Shown: in pieces, positions 52,663 to 64,000 of the stretch
How positions within the stretch are numbered: the first letter of the stretch is position 1
Layout: each line of letters begins with the position of its first letter
Assembly (NCBI RefSeq): GCF_006345805.1
Contig: NC_043016.1
Location: 6,448,001-6,512,000 of the forward strand
DNA from: Octopus sinensis
Taxonomy: Eukaryota
Length of the DNA: 64,000 nucleotides
Direction of reading: 5' to 3'
Notes under the pieces: model-generated
Seen by the model: the letters and a program-made list of their open reading frames with translations, nothing else
What the model was told of the DNA's origin: nothing
Databases searched by the model: none
Program-made: the position numbers and the translations under genes

Positions 52663-53134
52663 GGTGTCTTTCCTTGCACTTGTAACAATTGGTGGTCGTA
52701 CTGCTGCTGCTGTGTCTGTCAATAAACGATACCTCTTCTTTCTGCTATCTGATTAAACATGCAGGTGACTAGTCCTTACCAGTCTGTACCCTACTGTGCC
52801 AGAATTTAAACATCTCAGTGGTAATTCTTGACAGACCAGATGCTTTCCTTCTCTAGGTATCTTTAATTGCTTCATCTATCATATTACTGTCAGCATGGAT
52901 GACTGGTCTCTCTATGATGGATCAACTTTACGTAGACTCTTCCTCTCTACTCCATGCATTTTTAACACACAAGAGTTTCTGGTAGTTGATGTTGTTGGTC
53001 CAAGACCTCTTATTAGCCATGGAGCTGGTTCATTGACAGCTAACCCCTAAACCTGGAAGCCATTACTCTATCCATTGCCTGTGAAACGTCTCCCTACTGC
53101 AGTACAACTTTACAAAAAACAAATGACTATCCAA

Positions 53135-53772
53135 TCATCATCATCATCATTGTTCGACCGTGGTCGAGACAATGGAATTTACCATGCTACGCCAGACATC
53201 ACTGTCCATCATAGCATTACGGAGGTCCTGTTGCTGGATGCCTGTATCCCTGGAGATTACATCAGGGTAGGAGAGTGTGTGCCCTCTGGTATTGTGAGTA
53301 GATGGCTTCCAGAGGAGAAGAGTAGAAATTACTTCTTTTTCAGCTCTACAACAATGACCAGCAAACTGGACTCTTCTACCTTTCACAAGAGATGATACAG
53401 GTGGTAGTTTCCCATATATCTGCATTTTGGTTGGATGACGCTTCCACAAGAGATTTTGAGCTCTCATAAGGAGGCGAGTGTAGGTTCCATCCAACCACCT
53501 CTCAAGTTTCTTTGATAGTGTCCAGGTTGCTGAGCCATATAGTAGAATTGGTTCGACTGTGGCTTTGAAGATTTTAAGTTTGAAGTCTCTACTTAGATTT
53601 GATGACCAGATCTTATGCATGTCATTACAGGCTGACCAGGCCACACCCTTTCTAGTTAGAAAATCTTTTCCAGATGATGATATGTATGACCCAAGATATT
53701 TGTAATCAGAAACAATATTTAAGGGTGTATTGTTGAGAGCATGGATGATGCAATCACTGTTGGACAGGCACT
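53135..53772 (-). mobile_element. 5'-truncated RTE/RTE-X LINE with uninterrupted reading frame
   Basis: VSDYKYLGSYISSSGKDFLTRKGVAWSAC...FKATVEPILLYGSATWTL...FAGHCCR...VSTTVEQ*. (TGA)n tail right at the stop. 11-bp TSD TGACTATCCAA (53124-53134, 53773-53783). Confidence 0.9.
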
Positions 53773-54854
53773 TGACTATCCAAACTAACTCTTTCTGAAA
53801 GCCAATGTGAGTTGTATGTCTTGCAGCACCAACAAAATGATTTTCAATTAATGCCAAATTCAGCATGTTCCACTTTCTATTGTATTCATCAAGATTTTCT
53901 GCTGTATGGAAAGAAGGGGTTTATGGACACAACTCTAAGACTTGAGTGTTTGAATAAATTAGTGGAGATGGGGAAGTTCTTGGGAGTGGAAGCTTTAGTC
54001 CCCTATAGACTAAAACAGTACTGTGTTACTCCAACACTATTTGCATTACTTCTGGGTGGCAGTTGTGAAAGGATTGCAAGCAAGTTCACAGGTGGAGTGT
54101 GTTTCCACATGAAAGTGAATGGTAAGCAGTTTAACCTACGTAGAGATATGTATTTACTGAGTTCTGTTTGATGGAGATTCAATTTTTATTGGCTCTTTTC
54201 CTGAAAGACATCCTGAAAAATTACATGGTCATAGAAGTTGGTCTATCCATGAATGTTAAAAAATAAACCCCCAAAAAACAAAACACAAAAAAACCCAAAT
54301 TCTCAAATCATCCTAAGTCTAGAATATCGGGACATGAGCTACTGATGAGAACAATCACAAATCACTCTTAATATCTATTTCTTTACTACCCACAAGGGGC
54401 TAAACATAGAGGGGACAAACAAGGAAAGACAAAGGGATTAAGTCGATTACATCGACCCCAGTGCGAAACTGGTACTTTATTTATAGACCTCGAAAGGATG
54501 AAAGGCAAAGTCGACCTTGGCAGAATTTGAACCCAGAACGTAACAACAGACGAAATACCGCTAAGCATTTCGCCCAGCACGCTAACGTTTCTGCCAGCTC
54601 GCCGCCTTAATATAAGAAGATAGGGTGGTAAATTGGCAGAATCGTTAGCACACAAATTACTTAGCGGCATTTCATCTGTTTTTATATTCCGAGTTCAAAT
54701 TCCACTGAGGTCGACTTTGCCTTTCATCCTTCCTTGGTTGAGAAATAAGTACTAATTGAACAGTGGGTTCAATGTAATTGACTTGCTCCCCCCACCCCCC
54801 CTGGAATTGCTGGCTTTGTTCCAAAGTTTGAAACTAATATAAGGAGAAAAAGAT

Positions 54855-55420
54855 CACATGTATTTTGTCAGTATGATTTCTGATGAACATAACCGTCTGG
54901 ATGTGGATGTGGAGGTGGATCGCTGCATAAAGTCAGCTGTGGTCACTTTCAGAAAGATCAGTGATCAATTACAGAAACAATATGACATTAAAGCATCAAT
55001 AAAATGCAAAGTTTACTGATAATAATAGTTGTATCCTGTCTATTGTGTTCCCCTGAAACTTATACACTGTATCATCAACATATCTGAAATCTGATAAGCT
55101 CTTTGGCCGAGTCAATTTGATCTATAATAAATATTTCCTGGTGAGACCACTTCTCCATCTAGGAGATCCTGCAGCATGTAAACAGGCATTGTGTTGAGTT
55201 CGTCTTGATTAGAATTCCTTGTGTACTCGGTGGGTCACGTGATTTGTTTGGGCATAAGTATCTTCTCCAAGGCTGTATTCTTCAGTGAGCTGAAATGTGA
55301 AAGGTATCAAAGAGGCACCCCCAAAAGTTCATTAAAAAAACAATGTCATTAAATGATGAAGTGACTGGTCTGAAAACAATAAGAGACAGCGACTGATGGC
55401 AACAATCAAACAATGGTAAC
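54855..55420 (+). mobile_element. Degraded RTE (BovB-like) RT C-terminal remnant
   Basis: VEVDRCIKSAVVTFRKI...YDIKASIKCKVY, then AVFFSELKCERYQRGTP-like residues with stops. Confidence 0.5.
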
Positions 55421-56175
55421 CGGTTATATATATTTCTTTACTGCCCACAAGGGGTTAAACATAGAGGGTACAAACAAGAACAGACAAAGGAATTAAGTCG
55501 ATTACATCAACAGTGCGTAACTGGTACTTATTTAATCGACCCCGAAAGGATGAAAGGCAAAGTCGACCCCGGCGGAATTTGAACTCAGAACATAACGGCA
55601 GACAAAATACCTATTTCTTTAATGCCCACAAGGGGCTAAACACAGAGGGGACAAACAAGGACAGTCAAAGGGATTAAGTCAATTATATCAACCCCAGTGC
55701 GTAACTGGTACTTATTTAATCGACCCCGAAAAGATGAAAGGCAAAGTCGACCTCGGCGGAATTTGAACTCAGAACCTAACGGCAGACGAAGTGAAACTGG
55801 ATGAAAAGAAAGAAAAAGCTAGAACAAGACCTACTACATTAAAACTACCACCAACTGCATTTTGAAATATTTGCGGTCAGGGATGTGTTGGTACTTTTGG
55901 TCTATAACAATATGAAATAGCAGAACATCGTTGATGAAGTTGCTTTATTTATATTTGGGAAAAAAGACAAAAAAAAAAGAAAACCCTATTTTTTGTTACT
56001 AAGTTGTACTTCATTACAATTAATGGCAAAAATAGACTGCCCACCCCCTCCACCACACACACACACACATACCCATCCAATGAAATATTTAAGTAGGTTG
56101 TTAATGAGTCAGCTATTCATCTGATCTCCTTTTGATGTGCATTAGTAATAACTATTGATAAGAAATTACACAGAA

Positions 56176-56218
<43 letters not shown>

Positions 56219-56909
56219 GAGAGATATAGAGAGAGAGGAAACTGAGAAAGAAATAGTAGTGAGAGAGAGGGAGTGAGGGAGTGAATGAGAGAGAGAGAGA
56301 TAGAAATAGAAGAGAATATTAATGATGGGCCATGAAAGAGGAAACCTTACCTGTCTTTTACCTATTTCCGTCTTTATTGCTGAGGGTTGGAGACCATTGA
56401 CATATGGACCATCTCTGTCTTTAATCTCTCTCTGTCTCCCTCTCTCCATCAGTTCCTGGCTCTTGGCCATGGTTGCTATATTGAACCAAAGGTCTTCTGG
56501 TTCATTCATTTGATGTTGTTATACCAGTGTCTTCTAAGTCTTTCTCTTCTTTGTTTCCCATCGACTCTTCGTGCTAGGATGTAGGTGCCAGATATCTGGA
56601 CCCTGATAACATACCCCAAAATATTGTAGATTTCTCTTCCTGACAGTTGCCTAAAAATTCTCCTTCACTGACTCATTTCTTCGATGGTTGGACCAGTGGA
56701 TCTTCATTACTCTACAGCAGCATATTAGAATAAGCTAACTCCAATCTGATTTGGCATGGTTTTCTACGGCTGGATGCCCTTCCTAATGCCAACCACTCTG
56801 AGACTGTAATGGGTATTTTTATGTGCCACCAGAATAGGTGCCATTTGCATGACACCAGTATCTGCCACGAAGCAGCTTTACTTGGCTTGATGTGTCTTCT
56901 TCTCAAGCA

Positions 56910-57044
56910 ATATAGTAATAATGGACGTGACTTGTAGATGAAAATTTTTAGACTTTATTAATACATTTCTGCAGAAATGTAAGTTGCGATATATTAATAA
57001 AGTCTAAAAATTTCCATCTGCAAGACATTTTCATTATTACTATA
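56910..57044. repeat. Small foldback with an internal 20-bp perfect palindrome
   Basis: CTTGTAGATGAAAATTTTTAGACTTTATTAATA / TATTAATAAAGTCTAAAAATTTCCATCTGCAAG. Inner TACATTTCTGCAGAAATGTA. Confidence 0.75.
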
Positions 57045-57235
57045 TCTATCCTAAGGTGTAAGGAGTTCTACATGTATAACCATCCCGTAGAATTACTCTG
57101 GAAGATGGGAATAACAGGCAATAGCCAACAACAAGAAGCATTGGAGCTTTTATGAGCACACTGTTAGGAATTTGCTCTCCCAAAATTAAAAGGACATATA
57201 TATATATATATATATCTCAACACCTTTCTCCATAA

Positions 57236-57275
57236 ATTTCCTGAAGAAGGGCTCCTAATACTGAAATATTGAAAT
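57236..57275 (+). ncRNA. Minimal type-I hammerhead-like motif (weak stem II)
   Basis: ATTTC-CTGAAGA-A-GG...CT-GAAAT-ATT-GAAAT; stem I ATTTC/GAAAT is perfect. Confidence 0.45.
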
Positions 57276-58359
57276 ACTAGGTACAGGTAATAACACTAAT
57301 CATTGACCTGTATTGTTAATTTTCTGTAACTTACATTGTTTTTGCTGTAAAAAAATATTTAAAATATTTGGTTATGTATATAAAATATATATCATATATG
57401 TAACGTGGCCAATGCTAGTGCTGCCTCGACTGGCTTCTGTGCTGGTGGCACGTAAAAAGCACCAACTGATTGTGTCCGCTGTCAGCCTCCCCTGGCACCT
57501 GTGCTGGTGGCACATAAAAAGCAACCACTACACTCATGGAGTGGTTGGCGTTAGGAAGGGCATCCAGCTGTAGAAACATTGCCAGATCAGACTGGAGCCT
57601 GGTGCAGCCTCCTGGCTTCCCAGAACCCAGTCGAACCGTCCAACCCGTTCTAGCATGGTAAGCGGACGTTAAACGATGATGATGATGATGATGATGATGT
57701 ACACATATATATCGTTTTCAGTTTATCTGTTTGTTTACACATACATACATTATCATCACATTATTATAATCATCAATGTTTTACATTTGGTTCCTGCTGG
57801 AAAGGTTGGAATGATTACCATTGTTTGAGTCAGCATTTATTTGGGGATTCTGTTGGAGGACTGCATCCTGTTTTTGTAGTTTTTACTGCTAGATGTCTTA
57901 TCTAGCACCAACCACTTTACAGTTGCATTTATTATTTTGTGATATATATATATCTGTTATCCAATTCGGATGTTAGGCTGTGGCTATGTTGGGGTACGGC
58001 CTTGAAATTGTTTTAGTTGAATGAATTGATGTTAGTACTTATTTTTTAAAGCCCGGTACTGGTACTGGTTCTGTGAGTCTCTTTTGCTGAACTGCTAGGT
58101 TACAGGGATGTAAACACACCAACACCAGCTGTTAAGCAATGGTGGGGAACAAACATAGACACAGAGACACCCCTACACATACACATGATGAACTCCTAGC
58201 AGTTTCCATCTACCAAATCCACACATATGGTTTTGGTCAAACCTGGGGCTATAGTAGAAGACACTTGCCAAGACATACACAGTGGGACTGAACCCAGAAC
58301 CATGTGGTTGGGAAGTAAGCTTCTTACCACATAGCCACACCTGTATGTATGTATGTATG

Positions 58360-58405
<46 letters not shown>

Positions 58406-58416
58406 GTAATATATAT

Positions 58417-58650
58417 CAACCACTCCGTGAGTGTAGTGGGTGCTTTTTACGTGCGGGTGGCATGTAAAAAGCACCCACTACACTCACGGAGTGGTTGGCG
58501 TTAGGAAAGGCATCCAGCTGTAGAAACATTGCCAGATAAGACCGGAGCCTGGTGCAGCCTTCTGGCTTCCCAGATCCCCGGTCAAACTGTCTAACCCATG
58601 CTAGCATGGAGAACGGACGTTAAACGATGATGATGATGATGATGATGATG
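58417..58650 (+). mobile_element. RTE tail with 5' inversion (hairpin at 58417-58497)
   Basis: CAACCACTCCGTGAGTGTAGTGGGTGCTTTTTAC / GTAAAAAGCACCCACTACACTCACGGAGTGGTTG, then a normal tail to (GAT)n. Confidence 0.8.
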
Positions 58651-58743
58651 ATATATATATATGTGTGTGTATGTGACTGCGTGTATACCGTTGGTGATTT
58701 TTTTTCCTCTGTCTTCCCTTCCTTGGATCTTTCCTTTTCCTAT

Positions 58744-58778
58744 GTTTCTGATGAAGAGCTCCACTCGAAACGTTAAAC
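58744..58778 (+). ncRNA. Minimal type-I hammerhead ribozyme motif with canonical core, inside family C element 58672-58880
   Basis: GTTT-CTGATGA-A-GAG-CTCCA-CTC-GAAAC-GTT-AAAC: stem I GTTT/AAAC, CUGAUGA, stem II GAG/CTC, GAAA, palindromic AACGTT stem III, GUU triplet. Confidence 0.7.
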
Positions 58779-58875
58779 CCTCCATCTTTCCTTCTTTCCT
58801 GAGCGTCCAATAACACTATACTTATTCCACGTCCTCGCGTTGTTGTGTTTTTTCTTTGTGTTTTCATGTTTAGAT

Positions 58876-58912
<37 letters not shown>

Positions 58913-58998
58913 GAGTAAGCATATAATGCAAAGCCAGGTGGAAAAAATAGTGCTTGAATACTAAAGATAGAATAATATGCGTTTTTTATTGATCACAA

Positions 58999-59036
58999 CT
59001 GTTTGATGAACGGAAACATGAAATTCTGAGTCACAG
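58999..59036 (+). ncRNA. Hammerhead-like motif of a further short repeat family
   Basis: CTGT-TTGATGA-ACG-GAAA-CAT-GAAATTC-T-GA-GTC-ACAG: stem I CTGT/ACAG, GUC triplet, one mismatch in stem II. Confidence 0.5.
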
Positions 59037-60823
59037 GATTTTGTGATGTTTTTGCAGCTTCAATAAAAAAACATATACATGTATATTTATCATATCATCA
59101 TCATCATCATCATCATTCAGTGTCTGTTGCCCACGCTGGCATGATATATATATATATATATTATATATGTATGTATGTATATATGTATGTATATGCTAGA
59201 TATATTTATATCATCATCATCGTCATCATTTAACATCCATTTTCAGGACCTAGCCAGATTCCAATTGTCTGTTTTGGAAATTTGGTTTCTATGGCTGGAT
59301 GCTCTTCCTAATTCAAGCCACTTTACAGAGTATGCTGAGTGCTTTTTATACCCAATCAATTGGGAAGCAGAAGAACTGTTACCCTCCCCCACCCATGTTG
59401 TGTCCATGAGCAAAACACTTCATTTCATCTTGCTCCAGTTTGCTCAGCTGAGTGCTGGTGCAACCTTCTCTCCCTCCGGCTGTCATACAAAGCTAGATGC
59501 TCTGCTACATCAAAGACAAGTAAAGTAAAGGTAAAGTTCCCATCTCAAGTCATACCCGCTCGTAAGGTTTCCATGGTATACATATTCCCCACCCGGAAGG
59601 GATGCCAGTCTGTCACAGCGTTACACATTTTTGCCAGCTGAGTGGACTGGAGCAATGTGAAATGAAGTGTTTTGCTCAAGAACACAATGCATCACCTGGT
59701 CCAGGAATCGAAACCACAACCTCTTGGCCATTTGCCTCCATTATCAAAGACAGGAGAGCCAAGAAGATGTCTTTGTTTACATGTGACTACACAGACACCT
59801 AAAACAATAAGTGAAAGCATGGTACACATTTTAAAATAGTTTAGCTAATGACTGCATTTTCTTCAAAACATTGCAAATTTTGTGTAAATTTTATAAATGA
59901 AAAATTCACTACATTTTGTACATAAAAGCATACCAGCCTGCGGGTGTAATAAAATGGGCTCATGGGTGCAATTGCACCCGCAGGTGGGCATTTCTCTACC
60001 CTTGGTATATAATAACTTCAAAGGCGGTGAGCTAGCAGAAACGTTAGCACGCTGGGCGATATGCTTAGCAGTATTTTGTCTGCCGCTATACGTTCTGAGT
60101 TCAAATTCCGCCAAGGTCAACTTTTCCTTTCATCCTTTTGGGGTCGATAAATTAAGTACCAGTTTCGCACTGGGGTCGATCTAATCGACTTAATCCCTGC
60201 GTGGCACCTTGGGCAAAGTCTGTCCTTGTTTGTCTTCTCTATGTTTAGCTCCTTGTAGGTAATAAAGAAATAGGTATATAATAACTTAGCTGAATATATG
60301 TCAATGCCTGTGATAGAACAAGCTGTCCTTCCTGTCCCAACAACTATTGGAAAGGAAGATCTTTCACTTTGGTGAATTTAACTTTTAGATCATTGAGAAG
60401 TTCCAATAATTCTGGAGTCTCTTTCTTCACCATGTTTAGTTTTTCTTTCTTAGATAATTTCGTCAACTTGTTGGTGATGTTTTCTGATCTAGCTTAAGTT
60501 TTTCTGGGAGAACAAAGTATAAAAATCAAAACTGGTATAATCTCAGCTTTCGGATCATCTTCTGGGATGACTTTTCTTCTTTCTTTTAATGAACGGTAGC
60601 ATCAATTTCACTGTGTAAACCTGGGAGAATATGTTCATCTCCAAATCCTTTATAGAAAGCATATTTTTATTCCCCCATTTTTGTCAAGCTCTTCATCTTC
60701 CACTTCAAGCTTATACTTGGCCTCTCACAGTTCCTCCTCTTTTAGAAACTTCAGGTTCTGTTTTCTCTTCATTACAACAAGATTTTTAGCCAATTCCATA
60801 TTATGTAGAAAAATTCTACCTTT

Positions 60824-61261
60824 ACGGAGATGTACTTGCATAGTGAGTGACTTGATCTGAGATCGTATGCTGGAACGAAAACAATTGCAGCGAGGAAGGT
60901 GTTTGTAAGCCATTTAAGAAACACACAAAAACCGTTAGATTCACTTCAACATTTAAATTTAATTTGTCAAAATATTTTCGTCGCTTTCAGACCGCGACCT
61001 GTTCACTGACAAAACCAGTGAACAGGTCACGGTCTCAAAGCAACAAAAATATTTTGACAAATTAAATTTAAATGTTGAAGTGAATCTAATGGTGTAGGAG
61101 TGGCTGTGTGGTAAGTAGCTTGCTTGCCAACCACATGGTTTTGAGTTGAGTCCCACTGTGTGGCACCTTGGGCAAGTGTCTTCAACTATAGCCTCGGGCC
61201 GACCAAAGCCTTGTGAGTGGATTTGGTAGATGGAAACTGAAAGAAGCCCATCGTATATATG

Positions 61262-61303
<42 letters not shown>

Positions 61304-61570
61304 TATGTCTGTGCTTGTCTCCCCAACATCGCTTGACAACCGATACTGGTGTGCTTACGTCCCCATCATTTAGCGGTTCGGCAAAAGAGACCAATAGAAT
61401 AAGTACTAGGCTTACAAAGAATAAGTCCTGGGGTCGATTTGCTCGACTAAAGGTGGTGCTCCAGCATGGCACAGTCAAATGACTGGAACAAATAAAAGCA
61501 AAAGAGAGAGAGAATAATGGTTTTCGTGTGTTTCTTAAATGGCTTATAAACACCTTCCACGCTGCAATTG
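60824..61570. mobile_element. Second copy of palindromic family D, interrupted by a CORE-like SINE (61093-61515)
   Basis: 12-bp TSD AATTCTACCTTT (60812-60823, 61571-61582). Nested SINE flanked by TAATGGT. Confidence 0.85.
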
Positions 61571-61941
61571 AATTCTACCTTTGTTGGTCTGAAATTTACC
61601 AATGTCATCATGGAAGCACCGCTGGACATCGGGATTCAGTTCCTCGTTTTTGGAATCTTTACTTTGACCTAATTTTGCCAATTTTTTTTTTTTTACTTTT
61701 CATTTTAGCATTTGCTCGACACACATAATGCACATGATGGTTAGGGGAGGTTTTGATATATACACGCATAAATACAAAAATACATAAATACCATAAATAT
61801 ATTTGTGTGTGTGTGTATAAACATATGCACACACACACACACATATATTTATATATACACACACACACACACATGTAAACATATATACATATAGATATAT
61901 ATATTTACACATATGCACACACACGCATATACTTATATATA

Positions 61942-62618
61942 CACTTGCGTCGGAAATTAATTAGCACTTCTTAAATTTCTACATTTTCTTAATTTAATTA
62001 ACTTATTATCAGAAACAAACTCGTTTTTAATCAAAAATTTATTAAAACATATCCCAGCACACACACATAATTATTATTAATCGTGAAAATTTAGTCATAT
62101 CTTGTTGCTCCTCCTTTGGCAGCAATGACAGCTGCTAACGCGGGCCGGCATGCTGTCTATGAGTGCCTGCAGGTACTGTGGCAGGGATGGCCCCTCATGC
62201 AGCAAGAAGTGCCCCAAACAGCTCGTGTCGGTTCCTGTATTGCTGCACATTCAAATCCCTACCCATCGACTCCAAGAGGTTCTCAATAGGGTTCAGGTCA
62301 GGTCAGGGATGGCCAGGCCAGTCCATGACCGTCACCCCATGGTCCTTGAAGAAACGCGGTGTGTGAGCTTGGCTGTGTGGGAAAGGCGCGTTGTCCTGCT
62401 GGAGCATGTACTCCTCGCCACCAAAGAGGTATCCTGTACTATCCCAACGTACTTTGCTGCGTTGATGTTGCCTTTGACGGCATAGAGCCACCCAACACCA
62501 CTGTAGCTGAACGCCCCTCACACCATCAGACCACCCCCACCATGCTTCATGGTGGGAGCATGCAGTCTTTGTTGAAGTGCTCACCCCTGCGGCGTCGCAC
62601 ATGGACAGGCTTGTCACT
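61942..62618 (-). mobile_element. Tc1-like transposon 3' half (frameshifted transposase), cut by the gap
   Basis: YMLQQDNAPFPHS...VTVMDWPGHP followed by a DLxPIENL-like segment; terminus CACTTGCGTCGGAAATTAATTAGCAC next to TA. GC-rich relative to flanks. Confidence 0.8.
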
Positions 62619-62718
62619 NNNNNNNNNNNNNNNNNNNNNNNNNNNNNNNNNNNNNNNNNNNNNNNNNNNNNNNNNNNNNNNNNNNNNNNNNNNNNNNNNN
62701 NNNNNNNNNNNNNNNNNN
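62619..62718. other. Assembly gap (100 N)
   Basis: Run of N. Confidence 1.
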
Positions 62719-63394
62719 AATCGACTTAATCCGTTTGTCTGTCCTGTTTGTGCCCCTCTATGTTGAGCCCCTTGTGGGCAGTAAAGAATATATATTTATA
62801 CACAACTGTAAGAATGTACATCTTATGCACACACCCATACATGCAGGTGCTAATTCACATATATTCACATACACACAGTCATACAACCAATAACGCACAC
62901 ACACACACAAACACAAACACACACTGGCCAGGCTTCTGTCAGCTTCCAAGTCCCTACTAAGGTCCCCCAGACACCAAGGCATCACCAGCTTCCTGTGCTG
63001 CCATGTGGTCCAAGAAATTCTCCTTTCTAATGCAACTGGTGTCACTAAAATGATGATCTCATTTCTAATAACACCATGTGACCAATCTTGACCAATAGCA
63101 GTTCATTTTCCCATCTTGGACATACTGTATTTCTCCATTTAAGCGACACAAACCCCTTGCCCAAACACATATAAAATATAAATCATAAACAGTATCATTC
63201 AGTCTGCTGTGATAAATCTACAAACAAACATACAAAATATCTAAGGGTATATTTTCCCTCTCAAGGGATTATGCTCAGGAATATTCAATTAATTTCACAA
63301 TGTATAATTGAAACAGCTGTAAGGGATAATGATCAATTTGTTGCTGATAATAAACTCTTATTAACCTAACAATCTCCATTTTCTTATTCTTCTT

Positions 63395-63434
<40 letters not shown>

Positions 63435-63435
<1 letters not shown>

Positions 63436-63835
63436 TAGCAGTATCGCCCGGCGTTGCTCGGGTTCGTAAGGGAGATAACTATATAAGCATTTTTAGAGAG
63501 TTATAGCCAAAAAATAGCAAAAAAATGCATTAAAAATGGAAAAAAAATTATGGTAAATTTGTTTTAAAATCGTTGACTCATCGTAGACATTTATAGAGAG
63601 TTACTTCCCCTATATAATAGCGGAAAAATGCATTAAAATGGGAAAAATGATGGTAATTTAAAAAAAAAATCGTAGACTCATCGTAGACGCGCGCTAATAC
63701 CCAGAAGGGCTCGATATGAATCACGACTATAAGATACCCGGTTTTGGTTAAACTGCACCGCAAAATGTGGGAGTAGTTAGGAATCTAAATCGAAGGGGAC
63801 AGACACTCACACAACTACAGTTTTATATATAAAGA
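63435..63835 (-). mobile_element. Non-autonomous Helitron
   Basis: Minus strand starts A|TCTTTATATATAAAA and ends with hairpin CCCGAGCAACGCCGGG followed by CTAG|T; inserted at an AT with no TSD; internal direct duplication. Confidence 0.8.
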
Positions 63836-64000
63836 TATATAATAAAACAATACTGGGAGGATAAGAAACGGAACGAAGCGAAGAATCGAACGAACCCGAC
63901 GCGAAGCGCTGACAGACAATAGTGTAATAAATAAAATATATGCATACATACAAACATATATGTACCTACCTACATCTACATGTATAATACATGCATATAT

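Noticed and set aside
52856-53050. Possible USP exon 2 after CTCTAG
   Set aside because: The phase-1 translation (CIFNCFIYHITVSMDDW...) has no USP similarity and ends in a stop.
63850-63925. Small CpG-rich patch at the window end
   Set aside because: Too short and without downstream context to call a promoter or exon.

Overview
AT-rich, microsatellite-dense eukaryotic DNA with two 100-N assembly gaps. The repeat families strongly suggest an octopus or other coleoid cephalopod; this is inferred from SINE/LINE sequence style, not proven. Almost all ORFs in the supplied track are microsatellite or transposon artefacts. One convincing host coding exon is visible and is missing from the track: the first exon of a universal stress protein (UspA-like) gene at 37809-37902 (+), behind a small CpG-containing promoter with an Inr-like TCAGTT. 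The rest is nested mobile DNA: several tRNA-derived SINE families, RTE, RTE-X, Tx1/L1, CR1-like and HERO-like LINE fragments, a solo LTR, Chapaev3, Tc1/mariner, hAT- and Merlin-like MITEs and a Helitron. The most striking unexplained signal is at least seven unrelated short elements, many of them foldbacks, each carrying a minimal type-I hammerhead-ribozyme-like motif. Across families the core shows compensatory changes at the 3-8 tertiary pair (C3-G8, G3-C8, U3-A8). One motif sits inside a tRNA-headed, TSD-flanked SINE-like unit. These are probably non-autonomous Penelope-like (pLTR) derivatives. All coordinates were read by eye; boundaries of decayed repeats are approximate.
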